Source: Pseudomonadota bacterium (lineage in GTDB: Bacteria > Pseudomonadota > Gammaproteobacteria > JAKAQQ01). From it: a DNA stretch of 64,000 bases. A program made the position numbers and the translations under genes. Location: the NCBI GenBank assembly GCA_027320085.1, contig DAHVLZ010000018.1:32001-96000 (forward strand). Direction: 5' to 3'. This document shows positions 28,182 to 38,306 of the stretch, piece after piece (within the stretch, counting starts at the first letter, position 1; each line of letters opens with the position of its first letter). Under the pieces are notes generated by a model, which did not search any database, was not told the origin of the DNA, and worked only from the letters and a program-made list of their open reading frames with translations.

Positions 28182-29804
28182 TCAGGCGGGAGGTGGAAGA
28201 AGGCCGGCCAGGCTTTCGATCGCCCGGGCCAGTGAGCGGGTGAAGCGCGCTGCCAGGGCCCCATCGATCACCCGATGGTCGTAGGACAGGGAGAGGGGCA
28301 GCATGAGCCGGGGCGCAAATGCACCATCCCGCCAGACCGGACGGATCTCGGAGCGGGAGATGCCGAGAATGGCGACCTCCGGTGCATTGATGATGGGCGT
28401 AAAGGCCGTTCCGCCGATGCCGCCCAGGCTCGAGAGGGAAAAAGTTCCGCCCTGGAAATCCGCAGCGGCGAGCCGGCCTGCGCGAGCCTTGTCGGCGAGA
28501 TCTGCGACTTCACGGGCCAATGTCCACAGGTCTTTCTGGTCGACGTTCCGGATCACCGGAACCACGAGACCCTGCGGCGTATCGACTGCAAAACCCAGGT
28601 GATAGTACTTCTTGAGGGTGAGGGTCTCAAGGTCGGGGTTGAGCGAGGCGTTGAGTGTCGGATGTTCCCGGAGCGCCTGGACGGCGGCCTTCATGAGAAA
28701 GGGGAGGAGGGTGAGCTTGATGCCGAAACGCCGACCGTCGGCCTCATTGAGCCGGACCCGGAACGGGTCGACTTCCGTGATGTCGGCCTGGTCGTGTTGG
28801 GTCACGTGAGGGATCGTGTTCCAGCTGGCCCACAGTCTGGGACCTGCGATTTTCTGGATCCGGGTGAGCGGCTGCTGCTCGACCGGCCCGAAGCGGGAAT
28901 AGTCATAGACGGGAACCTCGCGGCCGGCCGGGCCCCGGCCGGTCTGGATCTGGTTCCGGACAAAATGCTTGACGTCTTCCGGCCGGATCCTCCCGCGGGC
29001 ACCGCTTCCCGAGATCTGTTCCAGACTGACCCCAAGCTCGCGGGCCAGTTTGCGGACGAGCGGTCCGGCATAGGGATGCAGGCGGTCCGCTTTGGCCAGA
29101 GCCGGGGATCCCGCGGGCTCTTGGGCAGGCATCTCACGCGCAGGCGGTCGTTCGGCTGGCGCGGACGTGGCGGGAGCTGACGCTTTTTCTGCGACCGGGG
29201 TCGTCTCGAGGGTGAGGATGGGAGAACCTTGGGAGACCTTGTCGCCGGCTTTGACCTTGAGCTCCCGGACGATTCCGGCCTGCGGGGCGGGTACATCCAT
29301 CGCGGCCTTGTCGGTCTCCAGGGTGATGAGGGAGCCACCCGCTTTGATCACATCGCCGGGCTTCACGAGGACCTCGATCACGTCGACGTCGTGGAAGCCA
29401 CCGAGATCGGGGACGACAACCGCTTCCACCTTGCGACGGTCGACCGGGAGCGGGGGGGGCGGGGGGGCTGCTCGTGCCGGAGCGGTCTCTTTCGGTGGGA
29501 TCATCTGGGCTGTGGGCGCCGAATCCGGTTGCCGGCTCGGGGCTGCCTTTTCCTCTGCGCTTTCCAGGGTGAGGATGGGGGAGCCTTGGGAGACCTTGTC
29601 GCCGGTTTTGACCTTGAGTTCCCGGATGACTCCGCCTCGGGGCGCAGGAACATCCATCGCGGCCTTGTCGGTCTCCAGGGTGATGAGGGAGGCACCAGCG
29701 GCAATCTTGTCGCCGGGTTTCACAAGGACCTCGATCACATCGACGTCGTGGAAGTCACCGAGATCGGGGACCGTGATTGTCTCGACCGGTTGCGACGCCG
29801 TCAT
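28182..29804 (-). CDS. aceF: Pyruvate dehydrogenase E2, two lipoyl domains
   Basis: 2x LETDKAAMDVP, E3-binding AGPLVRKLARELGV, catalytic DHRVIDGA. Confidence 0.97.
   Translation of the reverse strand: MTASQPVETITVPDLGDFHDVDVIEVLVKPGDKIAAGASLITLETDKAAMDVPAPRGGVIRELKVKTGDKVSQGSPILTLESAEEKAAPSRQPDSAPTAQMIPPKETAPARAAPPPPPLPVDRRKVEAVVVPDLGGFHDVDVIEVLVKPGDVIKAGGSLITLETDKAAMDVPAPQAGIVRELKVKAGDKVSQGSPILTLETTPVAEKASAPATSAPAERPPAREMPAQEPAGSPALAKADRLHPYAGPLVRKLARELGVSLEQISGSGARGRIRPEDVKHFVRNQIQTGRGPAGREVPVYDYSRFGPVEQQPLTRIQKIAGPRLWASWNTIPHVTQHDQADITEVDPFRVRLNEADGRRFGIKLTLLPFLMKAAVQALREHPTLNASLNPDLETLTLKKYYHLGFAVDTPQGLVVPVIRNVDQKDLWTLAREVADLADKARAGRLAAADFQGGTFSLSSLGGIGGTAFTPIINAPEVAILGISRSEIRPVWRDGAFAPRLMLPLSLSYDHRVIDGALAARFTRSLARAIESLAGLLPPPA
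29209..29771. repeat. Near-identical duplicated lipoyl-domain coding repeats (about 29209-29414 and 29566-29771)
   Basis: Long identical DNA stretches such as acatccatcgcggccttgtcggtctccagggtgatgaggga occur in both copies. Confidence 0.85.
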
Positions 29805-29805
29805 G

Positions 29806-32508
29806 TCAGGACAGCCAGGGTTCGATCCGTTCCGGATCGATGCCGAAGCGTTTCAGGGCGCCGGTGACGACCCGGGCCTCGATCTGGCCTTCCTGGAAAA
29901 GGGCATGGAGGGCGGCGGTCGCAATCGAGGCGGCATCGACTTCGAAAAAGCCGCGGAGACGCTCACGCGTGTCGCTGCGCCCGAAGCCATCGGTTCCGAG
30001 TGACACGAAGCGTTTGGAGATGAACGGGCGGATCTGGTCGGCATACAAGCGGACGTAATCGCTCGCGGCGATCACCGGACCGGCCTGGCCGTCCAGTACG
30101 CCCTCGAGGTAGTTCCGACGTGGGGGAGAGTCCGGGTGCAGGCGGTTCCAGCGCTCGACGGCCTGTCCCTCGCGCTTCAGTTCCGTGAAACTCGTGGCAC
30201 TCCACACGCCGGAGGAGACGCCGAATTCCTCAGCCAGAAGCTGGGCGGCCCGTTCCACCTCGCGAAGGATGGTCCCTGAGCCCATGAGCTGGACCGTGGG
30301 GGAGGCGGAGCGGGATTTTCCTTTCCCCCCGCGAAGGCTTGCCTCGACCGTGCGGAGACGGTAGAGCCCCTTCAAGATCCCGGCCTCCACCCCTTCGGGC
30401 ATCGGCGGATGGCTGTAGTTCTCGTTCATGGCCGTGAGATAGTAAAACACGTTCTCGTCTTTTTCGAACATGCACTTCAGGCCATCATGGATGATGACGG
30501 CGAGTTCATAGGCATAGGTCGGGTCATAGACCCGGCAGTTCGGAATGTTCGAGGCCAGAACCGTGCTATGTCCGTCGCAGTGCTGGAGGCCCTCCCCCTC
30601 GAGCGTGGTCCGGCCGGCCGTGCCGCCGATCAAAAATCCGCGGGCCCGGACGTCGCCGGCGGCCCAGGCGAGGTCGCCCATGCGCTGGAAGCCGAACATC
30701 GAGTAGAACAGGAAGAAGGGAACCAGGGTGATCCCCCGGGTCGAGTAGGTGGTGGCTGCCGCGATCCAGGAGGCCATGGATCCCGCCTCGGTGATGCCTT
30801 CCTCGAGAATCTGGCCCTTGCGATCCTCACGGTAGAACATGAGCTGACCCGCATCCGGGGGAACGTAATGCTGTCCCTCGCTCGAGTAAATGGCCAGCTG
30901 GCGGAACAGTCCCTCCATGCCGAAAGTCCGGGCCTCGTCCGGCACGATGGGCACGATCCGTGGACCGACCCGGGGATCCCGGGTGAGTGCCGTGAGCATC
31001 CGGACCACGGCCATGGTGGTGGAATATTCCCGTTCCGAGGAACCTTCGAGCTGGGTCTTGAAGATCTCGATCGGGGGCAGGGTCAGCCGATCGCCGATGG
31101 TCCGGCGGCTCGGCAGGTATCCGCCGAGCGCCTCCCGTCGCTCGTGAAGATAGTGGAACTCCGCGGAGCCTTCGGGAAATCTGAGAAAGGGGAGGGCATC
31201 GATCTGGTCGTCTGCAACCGGCAGGTTGAAACGGTCGCGGAAGGCACGCAACTCGTCCAGGTCCATCTTTTTTTGCTGGTGGCTCGTGTTCTGAGCCTCG
31301 CCCGCCCGTCCCATGCCGTAGCCCTTGACCGACTTGGCCAGGATCAGCGTGGGCTGTCCGACATGGTGCACGGCGCGGTCGTAGGCGGCGTAGATCTTGA
31401 TGGCATCATTTCCGCCACGGTTGAGCTGCCAGATGGCCTCGTCGCTCAGGTTGGCGACCAGAGCCCTGAGTTCCGGATACTTGCCGAAAAAATGCTCGCG
31501 TACATAAGCGCCATCTTTCGACTTGAAGGTCTGGTAATCACCGTCGAGGCACTCCTCCATGCGCCGCCGCAGGAGTCCGCCCGGGTCGTGGCTGAGGAGC
31601 GGATCCCAGCGGGAGCCCCAGATCACCTTGATCACGTTCCATCCCGCCCCACGGAAAATGGCCTCGAGTTCCTGAATGATCTTGCCGTTTCCGCGAACCG
31701 GTCCATCCAGCCGTTGCAGGTTGCAGTTGACGACGAAGATCAGGTTGTCGAGCTTTTCGCGGGCTGCGAGACTGATGCCGGCGAGCGATTCGGGTTCATC
31801 CATCTCGCCGTCGCCCAGCATGCACCAGACCTTTTGCGGTGCGGACGGGGTCAGCTCGCGGTGTTCGAGATAGCGCAGGACACGCGCCTGGTAGACCGCC
31901 TGGAGGGGGCCCAGTCCCATGGAGACGGTCGGGAACTGCCAGAAGTCCCGGAAGAGCCACGGGTGGGGATAGGACGGCAGGCCGGATTGGCCGGCTTCGC
32001 TCCGGAAATTGTTGAGACGGGCTTCGTCGATGCGGCCCTCGAGGAAGGCCCGCGCGTAGATTCCGGGCGAGGAATGGCCCTGGATGTAGATGTAATCCGA
32101 TCCGTCCTTCGCCTCCGGCCCGTGCCAGAAGTGGTTGAAACCGACCTCGTAGAGCAGGAGCGAGGAGGCATACGACGCGATGTGTCCACCGATTCCGCTG
32201 TGGGCCCGGTTGGCTCGCACCACCATGGCCATCGCATTCCACCGGAGGTAGGCTTCGATGCGTTTCTCGAGGGCCCGGTCGCCGGGATATGGCGGTTCTT
32301 GATGGGACGGAATAGTGTTGAGGTAGGCGGTATTGGTGGAAAGCGGCGCGGTGAGTCCGGATCGACGGGCTTCGTCGATCAGGGTGTCGAGCAAGGCATG
32401 GGCGGAATCGAGCCCCTCATGCGCGATCAGCCCCCGGAGGGCTTCGATCCATTCGGAGCGTTCCTCCGGATCCAGTGGGGCGGGCGTGGGATCGGATGAA
32501 TCAGCCAT
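29806..32508 (-). CDS. aceE: Pyruvate dehydrogenase E1 (homodimeric type)
   Basis: GGHIASYAS, QFPTVSMGLGP, GDGEMDEPES, NCNLQRLDGPV, GEGLQH, LGTDGFGRSD. Confidence 0.98.
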   Translation of the reverse strand: MADSSDPTPAPLDPEERSEWIEALRGLIAHEGLDSAHALLDTLIDEARRSGLTAPLSTNTAYLNTIPSHQEPPYPGDRALEKRIEAYLRWNAMAMVVRANRAHSGIGGHIASYASSLLLYEVGFNHFWHGPEAKDGSDYIYIQGHSSPGIYARAFLEGRIDEARLNNFRSEAGQSGLPSYPHPWLFRDFWQFPTVSMGLGPLQAVYQARVLRYLEHRELTPSAPQKVWCMLGDGEMDEPESLAGISLAAREKLDNLIFVVNCNLQRLDGPVRGNGKIIQELEAIFRGAGWNVIKVIWGSRWDPLLSHDPGGLLRRRMEECLDGDYQTFKSKDGAYVREHFFGKYPELRALVANLSDEAIWQLNRGGNDAIKIYAAYDRAVHHVGQPTLILAKSVKGYGMGRAGEAQNTSHQQKKMDLDELRAFRDRFNLPVADDQIDALPFLRFPEGSAEFHYLHERREALGGYLPSRRTIGDRLTLPPIEIFKTQLEGSSEREYSTTMAVVRMLTALTRDPRVGPRIVPIVPDEARTFGMEGLFRQLAIYSSEGQHYVPPDAGQLMFYREDRKGQILEEGITEAGSMASWIAAATTYSTRGITLVPFFLFYSMFGFQRMGDLAWAAGDVRARGFLIGGTAGRTTLEGEGLQHCDGHSTVLASNIPNCRVYDPTYAYELAVIIHDGLKCMFEKDENVFYYLTAMNENYSHPPMPEGVEAGILKGLYRLRTVEASLRGGKGKSRSASPTVQLMGSGTILREVERAAQLLAEEFGVSSGVWSATSFTELKREGQAVERWNRLHPDSPPRRNYLEGVLDGQAGPVIAASDYVRLYADQIRPFISKRFVSLGTDGFGRSDTRERLRGFFEVDAASIATAALHALFQEGQIEARVVTGALKRFGIDPERIEPWLS

Positions 32509-32713
32509 GGGCGGGGGTTCCTGCAAGGGATGCTGCGGAGGGCGACCTGATGTCGGATTCAGCCGGCTCGCGGCTCTCCGATCCTGTCCAACCATTGATG
32601 ATGGACACCGCGCTGCTTTGCTGCGATCCCTGAAGTACCGACGCGGGATATAATCGCCCATGCCCGGGATTGAGTCAAGCTGAGAACTTCTACCGGTCGG
32701 GATGCCGACATCC

Positions 32714-33760
32714 ATGAATCTCGAAATTCGCGAGCCCGATGACATGCATGTGCACCTGCGGGACGGGGCCGTCTTGGCCCTGGTGCTCGGGCATACGGCC
32801 GCGCGTTTCCGGCGGGCCGTCGTCATGCCCAACCTGGATCCTCCGCTCGTGACGGTGCCTGCGGTTCTCGCCTACCGCGAACGGATTCGGTCACTTGCGG
32901 CCGGACGGATGGCCTTTGAGCCCTGGATGACACTTTACCTGCATGCCCAAACGACGGTGACCGATATCGAGGCCGCTGCCCGTGAACCGTCCCTCATCGG
33001 TGCCAAGCTCTATCCCCAGGGTGTGACAACCCAGTCGGGATCCGGTATCCGTGATCCACTCGCGCTCCTTCCGGTCTATGAAGTGATGGCCGAACGGGGT
33101 TTGCCGCTGCTCGTGCACGGCGAGGATCCGGACCCGGCCACCGATCCCTTTGATCGGGAGGCTCGCTTCATCGACCGCACGCTCGCTCCCCTGTGCCGGA
33201 AACTGCCGGGGTTGCGGATCGTTTTCGAGCACATCACGACGGCAGATGCAGTGGATTTCGTCCGTTCGGAATCCCCCCGGATGGCTGCCACGATCACCGC
33301 CCACCATCTCCTCTACGACCGGCGGGCCCTGTTCCACGGAGGCTTGCATCCGCACCTTTTCTGCTGGCCGCTCCCCAAGACGGTGGGCGACCGGGAAGCC
33401 CTCGTTCGGGCCGCGACCGGTGGAGAGCCCTGCTTTTTCCTCGGCACCGACAGTGCCCCCCATCCCCAAGACCGCAAGGAGTCCGATTGCTGCCCGGCCG
33501 GGGTCTATTCCGCGCATGCCGCGCTCGAACTCTATGCCGAGATCTTCGAAGAAGCGGGTTGTCTCGAACGGCTGGGGGGATTTGCCAGCGAGAACGGGGC
33601 CCGTTTCTACCGTCGGCCGCTCAACCCGGGCCGTCTGGTCCTCAAGAAGGTTCCCTGGCGAGTACCCGAAAGTTACCGGGTCTCGTCGGACTATACCCTG
33701 GTTCCCCTGCGCGCCGGCGAGACCCTGGCCTGGTCGGTCTCGAGACGGGAGATGGCGTAG
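32714..33760 (+). CDS. pyrC: Dihydroorotase
   Basis: PDDMHVHLRDG, MPNL.PP, KLYP.G.TT, EHITT, FFLGTDSAPH. Confidence 0.96.
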   Translation: MNLEIREPDDMHVHLRDGAVLALVLGHTAARFRRAVVMPNLDPPLVTVPAVLAYRERIRSLAAGRMAFEPWMTLYLHAQTTVTDIEAAAREPSLIGAKLYPQGVTTQSGSGIRDPLALLPVYEVMAERGLPLLVHGEDPDPATDPFDREARFIDRTLAPLCRKLPGLRIVFEHITTADAVDFVRSESPRMAATITAHHLLYDRRALFHGGLHPHLFCWPLPKTVGDREALVRAATGGEPCFFLGTDSAPHPQDRKESDCCPAGVYSAHAALELYAEIFEEAGCLERLGGFASENGARFYRRPLNPGRLVLKKVPWRVPESYRVSSDYTLVPLRAGETLAWSVSRREMA

Positions 33761-33762
33761 TC

Positions 33763-34422
33763 ATGCGGGCGATGGCCGAACGCTTCCGGGGATTTTTGCC
33801 CGTCGTGGTCGATCTCGAGACCGGCGGGTTCGAATCCCGGACGGATGCACTGCTCCAGATCGGCGCGGTGACCCTCACGACCGATGCTTCGGGTGATCTC
33901 GTGCCGGCCGAGTCACTCTCGCTCGAGGTGCTGCCCTTTGAAGGAGCCCGGATCCAGCCGGAGGCGCTCGCCCTGACCGGTATCGATCCCCACCACCCGC
34001 TGCGTCCGGCCCTGCCCGAGGGCGAAGCCTTGATCCGCCTGTTTCGCCTGGTCCGCCGGGCGCTCGTGGCCGAGGGCTGCACACGGGCCATCCTGACCGG
34101 GCACAACGCTTTTTTTGATCTCGGTTTCCTGAATGCGGCCGTCACCCGCAGTGGGGTCAAGCGCAATCCCTTTCATCCCTTCAGCACCTTCGATACCGTG
34201 ACCCTGGCCGGTGTCCTGACGGGCCAGACGGTGCTCGCGAAAGCCGCCCAGTCGCTCGGGCTCACCTTCGATGCGGCACATGCGCACCAAGCGCATTACG
34301 ATGCCCTGCTCACGGCCCGCCTGTTCTGCCTCCTGGTCAATCGCTGTGCCGGGATCGTCTTGGACACCCCGCCGGGCGGGACGGACGAGGCTCAGGATAC
34401 GGAGTGGACGCCTGCGTCCTGA
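33763..34422 (+). CDS. rnt: Ribonuclease T
   Basis: RFRGFLPVVVDLETGGF, GHNAFFD, KRNPFHPFS.FDT, GQTVLAKA; C-terminal part of the 33193 ORF. Confidence 0.95.
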   Translation: MRAMAERFRGFLPVVVDLETGGFESRTDALLQIGAVTLTTDASGDLVPAESLSLEVLPFEGARIQPEALALTGIDPHHPLRPALPEGEALIRLFRLVRRALVAEGCTRAILTGHNAFFDLGFLNAAVTRSGVKRNPFHPFSTFDTVTLAGVLTGQTVLAKAAQSLGLTFDAAHAHQAHYDALLTARLFCLLVNRCAGIVLDTPPGGTDEAQDTEWTPAS

Positions 34423-34736
34423 ATCTTGCGCGCCAGCTCACCGCTGCCCAACAGTTCCTCCGTGATATCGGCGCCGCCGATGAACTCCCCGCCGATGAAA
34501 ATCTGCGGGAAGGTCGGCCAGTCACTGATCTGGGGCAGGCGGGCACGGACATCGGGTTCCGCCAAGACGTCGACCCAGGCGAGATCACGGGCGCCCGCTT
34601 CACGCAGGGCCTCGACCGCCCGTGCCGAGAACCCGCAGCGCGGGAAGTCCGGCTGTCCCTTCATGAAAATCAAAATCGGGCGGGTGGCGATCAGTTGACG
34701 GATGTGGTCGTCGGTTTCATGAGGAGAACGGGTCAT
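34392..34736 (-). CDS. grxD: Monothiol glutaredoxin
   Basis: FMKG.P.FPRCGFS, WPTFPQ, GGADI. Confidence 0.95.
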   Translation of the reverse strand: MTRSPHETDDHIRQLIATRPILIFMKGQPDFPRCGFSARAVEALREAGARDLAWVDVLAEPDVRARLPQISDWPTFPQIFIGGEFIGGADITEELLGSGELARKIQDAGVHSVS

Positions 34737-34944
34737 GGGGAGATCTCCGAAATGCAGGTTGCCCGGGTTCAGAGCGGTCGGGTAATTGTCGCATGATTTC
34801 CCCTCGTTCAGCGTCCGTCAGGCTGGACCAGCGGGCGATTTCCCCGAGCGAGCGCCGACAGCCGATGCACCATCCCCGCCCCGGATCGAGACGGCAGACC
34901 CCGATACAGGGGGTGACAATCCCGGAGGTACCGGGGGCCGGCAT
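34717..34944 (-). CDS. DUF1289 small Cys-rich protein
   Basis: TPCIGVCRLD...CIGCRRSLGEIARW. Confidence 0.85.
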   Translation of the reverse strand: MPAPGTSGIVTPCIGVCRLDPGRGWCIGCRRSLGEIARWSSLTDAERGEIMRQLPDRSEPGQPAFRRSPHDPFSS

Positions 34945-34949
34945 GGGCT

Positions 34950-35534
34950 TCAGCGCGAGAATTGCCGGGCCACAAAATCCCAGTTGACGAGCTGCCAGAA
35001 GGATTCGAGATATTTGGGCCGCGCGTTCCGGTAATCAATGTAGTAGGCATGTTCCCACACGTCACAGGTGAGAAGGGGACGGGATTGTCCTTCGCGGATC
35101 GGGGTTTCGGCATTGCCGGTCTGGAGAAGGTCGAACTTCCCGTTGGGCAGGAGGACGAGCCAGGTCCAGCCCGAGCCGAAGAGTGTGGCTGCCTTTTCAT
35201 TGAAGGCCTTGCGGAAATCGTCGATCGACCCGAATTGGCCGGTCAGGGCGCGTGCCAGTTCGCCTTTTGGTTCGGCGTGTTTCTCCGGGCCGAGCCCCTC
35301 GAAGTAAAAGGTATGGTTCCACACCTGGGCCGCGTTGTTGAAAATCGGCCCCTTGGCCTTGGCAATGATCGTCTCGAGCGGGGAGTCCGCAAACTCGGTT
35401 CCCGGAATCAGTTTGTTCAGGTTATCGACGTAGGCGCGGTGGTGTTTGCCGTGATGGTACTGGAGGGTTTCCCGCGAAATGCGCGGTTCCAGGGCATTTT
35501 CGGGATAAGGCAGGGGCGGCAGTTCATGCGTCAT
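34950..35534 (-). CDS. sodB: Fe superoxide dismutase
   Basis: HHGKHH, FNNAAQVWNHTFY, FGSGWTWL, DVWEHAYY. Confidence 0.97.
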   Translation of the reverse strand: MTHELPPLPYPENALEPRISRETLQYHHGKHHRAYVDNLNKLIPGTEFADSPLETIIAKAKGPIFNNAAQVWNHTFYFEGLGPEKHAEPKGELARALTGQFGSIDDFRKAFNEKAATLFGSGWTWLVLLPNGKFDLLQTGNAETPIREGQSRPLLTCDVWEHAYYIDYRNARPKYLESFWQLVNWDFVARQFSR

Positions 35535-35756
35535 GGGACCCTCCGGGGCGGGGAATAATGGGCAAGCCTATTAGTCTAGCTCGATTTTTCTCCTGAGTCC
35601 GGAGGCTGAAACCGGTCAAAGCTCGGGATTTTCGTTTGCGGGCGTATCGAACGCCCATTGTGACGAGCTCGGCAAACCCGCTCGGGGGAAACGTGGGGTT
35701 AACCGCCAATCCGGGCAAATCGCCAGTTGGGGGTTCCTGTGCCCCGGGTTCCCCGT

Positions 35757-36419
35757 TCAGGTACCCTTTGCCAGGCCCGTACCCGAAACGGAACTGACTG
35801 GCACTGGCGGATGCAGCAGGTGCCCGCCGTTTTCATGTATCCAGACGATCAGCGAGTTCAGCAGGGGATAGAACGTGTTTTGGTCATTGACGTTTTTGGA
35901 AAAGAAAAAACGAAATCTTTCCCGGGTCACAAAGAGATTGCGGGTTGTCAGTGGATCGGTCACGATCAGCTCGGCTTTGCGCATGCCGTGCCGATTTCCG
36001 CTTGCGGCGTTGATTTGAACGTGGATCCACAGAAAGGGGCCCCAAACCTTGTAGGCGTGATGAAGATCCAGAAGGCTGTTCAGGCTTTTGATTCGGTGCG
36101 CGAGACCTGCCCGAATGATTTTTTTCTGTAAATCCGCACTATTCATGACGTGTCGAAAGGCGCCCATGTAGCGGACTTCCCGAGCCCAAAAAGTTCCCGC
36201 AGTAACCAAGACGTTTCCGTGATAGTGGGCGAGATTCGTCTTCCGGTTGATCAGGACGGGTGCCTTGCGTTCGGGAGTGGCCTGATTAAAGGTGCTGGCT
36301 GTCGGGAAGTATCCGGTTTGGGGGTCGACCGGCACGGCTCGGAAGTAGGTAAAGCCGCAGCTCGAAAGGGAAAGCGTCAACAACCCAACCAGAAGGCACA
36401 TTATTTTCGGGAGTTTCAT
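35757..36419 (-). CDS. Hypothetical basic lipoprotein
   Basis: Lipobox LSSC after a hydrophobic stretch; lower GC than flanks. Confidence 0.7.
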   Translation of the reverse strand: MKLPKIMCLLVGLLTLSLSSCGFTYFRAVPVDPQTGYFPTASTFNQATPERKAPVLINRKTNLAHYHGNVLVTAGTFWAREVRYMGAFRHVMNSADLQKKIIRAGLAHRIKSLNSLLDLHHAYKVWGPFLWIHVQINAASGNRHGMRKAELIVTDPLTTRNLFVTRERFRFFFSKNVNDQNTFYPLLNSLIVWIHENGGHLLHPPVPVSSVSGTGLAKGT

Positions 36420-36745
36420 GCTAAGTTTCCTCGGATCCAGTTTCCGGTCCAGTTGATTGCGGTTTATTCAGGTTCCAGTGCCACGTTCCCGTTGCAACTT
36501 GCGAGTATCCTAACATACAGGTAACACACGCGAATCAGGGCGGGCAAAGGATTTGGGGAAGGTCCGCGCAACTCAATAAAGTTGAAATCATGAAACTTGA
36601 ATCGTGACTTGCGATCATTGACCGTCCCGGTGTTCGGGTGCTGTCATTTCATTGGTGGGAGCACACCGGGTTGTACCTTCACCGCGCGTTTACCAGGGGG
36701 ATGGGGACTCCGGCAGCACTCGTTCGGCTTGCGTAAAATCCGCAC

Positions 36746-37624
36746 ATGACCCTCTCTTCCCCGGCCAGTTCTGGTGTTCCGTTCCCGGCTCCGCCCGTGC
36801 CCCCGGATCTCATGGCCACGGTGCGGGGCGCGCTGGCGGAGGATCTTGGTTCCGGGGATCTGACCGCCGAAACCCTGGTGTCGGCCGGACAAAAGGTGCG
36901 GGCCACACTCTGGCTCCGGGAGAACGCCGTGATCGCGGGGATCCCCTGGTTCGAGGCGAGTTTCCATCTGCTTGACCCGAGTCTCCGGATCGGATGGAAG
37001 ATCGGGGAGGGAGAGCAGGTCGAGGCGGACACGGTGCTGGCCGAGATCGAGGGCCGGGCACACCCGGTTCTCGGCGCCGAGCGGACCGCCCTCAACTTTC
37101 TGCAACTCTTGTCGGGGACGGCAACGGTCACCCGGCGCTATGTCCAGGCCGTGGCGGGGACGCCGTGCCGGATTCTTGACACCCGAAAGACCCTGCCCGG
37201 TCTCCGGTCAGCCCAGAAATACGCCACGCGGGTCGGGGGAGCCACCAACCACCGTTTTGGCCTCTACGACGCCATCCTCATCAAGGAGAACCACCTGGCC
37301 AGTGTGGGAGGCATTCCGGCTGCCTTGGAGAAGGCCCGAGGACATCCTGGGGTCCGGATCATTCTCGAGGTCGAAACCCTGACCGAGCTTGAGGAGGCTC
37401 TCGCCCTCGGGGCACCCTGGATCCTGCTCGACAATTTTTCATTGGATGACGTCCAGGAAGCCGTCCGACTCACGGCCGGGCGCGCCCGGCTCGAGGCCTC
37501 GGGCGGAATGGATCTCGATACCGTCCGCGCCGTGGCCGCCTGTGGAGTCGATTTCATCTCGGTCGGCGCCTTGACCAAGCACGTCCGGGCCGTTGACCTG
37601 TCGCTCCGGATCATCGGCGATTAG
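36746..37624 (+). CDS. nadC: Quinolinate phosphoribosyltransferase
   Basis: ALAEDLG.GD.T, ERTALN, DTRKTLPG, NHR.GL.D, KENH, LLDN, EASGG. Confidence 0.97.
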   Translation: MTLSSPASSGVPFPAPPVPPDLMATVRGALAEDLGSGDLTAETLVSAGQKVRATLWLRENAVIAGIPWFEASFHLLDPSLRIGWKIGEGEQVEADTVLAEIEGRAHPVLGAERTALNFLQLLSGTATVTRRYVQAVAGTPCRILDTRKTLPGLRSAQKYATRVGGATNHRFGLYDAILIKENHLASVGGIPAALEKARGHPGVRIILEVETLTELEEALALGAPWILLDNFSLDDVQEAVRLTAGRARLEASGGMDLDTVRAVAACGVDFISVGALTKHVRAVDLSLRIIGD

Positions 37625-38306
37625 GCTCGCGAGAGCCCGACGGGGTTTTAGCCTTAAAGCGGCAGAGATCGCGGATCTGGCATTCCGGACAACGGGGTTT
37701 GCGCGCCTGGCAGACATGGCGACCATGCAGGACGAGCCAGTGATGGGCACGTGACCGGTAGCGATCGGGCACACACTTGTCGAGCTGGGTTTCGACCGCA
37801 CGGGGGGTTTCCCCGGGCGCGAGACCGGTCCGGTTGGCCACACGGAACACGTGGGTGTCGACGGCAATCGTTCCTGCGGCCAGGAGGGTGTTCAGGATGA
37901 CGTTCGCGCTTTTGCGGCCGATGCCGGGCAGCTGCATCAGCTCGGCGCGGCTTTGCGGAACCGCCCCAGCGAATCGATCTTGCAAGAGTTTCGAGGTGGC
38001 CAGGAGATGGCGGGTTTTCGTCCGAAAGAGGCCGAGGCCGCGCAGGTGCTCGGTCAGGGTCTCAGGACCCAATGCAAGCAGTGCAGCGGGATCCCGGGCT
38101 ACCGGGAACAGGGAGGCGGTGGCCCGGTTCACGGCCTGATCGGTCGTCTGTGCCGACAACAGGACCGCGACGAGCAGTTCAAAGGGAGAAGCGAAGTGGA
38201 GCTCGGTCGTGGGCTCGGGATTCGCTTTGGCAAAACGCCGGAACAGGGTATTCACCTCACGGGCCGACCATCGGTCTTTCCTCCCCGGCCGAGGCTGGTC
38301 TTTCAC
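37611..38306 (-). CDS. nth: Endonuclease III
   Basis: FELLVAVLLSAQ, LPGIGRKSANV, VDTH, CQARKPRCPECQIRDLC; GTG overlaps the rnfB stop. Confidence 0.95.
   Translation of the reverse strand: MKDQPRPGRKDRWSAREVNTLFRRFAKANPEPTTELHFASPFELLVAVLLSAQTTDQAVNRATASLFPVARDPAALLALGPETLTEHLRGLGLFRTKTRHLLATSKLLQDRFAGAVPQSRAELMQLPGIGRKSANVILNTLLAAGTIAVDTHVFRVANRTGLAPGETPRAVETQLDKCVPDRYRSRAHHWLVLHGRHVCQARKPRCPECQIRDLCRFKAKTPSGSREPNRR

Noticed and set aside
29209-29771. Direct repeat in aceF as a mobile or VNTR element
   Set aside because: Fully explained by the two lipoyl domains of E2.
35660-35720. GGCAAACC... as a c-di-GMP-I riboswitch
   Set aside because: Lacks the GAAA-capped stem and the GACGCAAAGC motif, and is in the wrong orientation for sodB.
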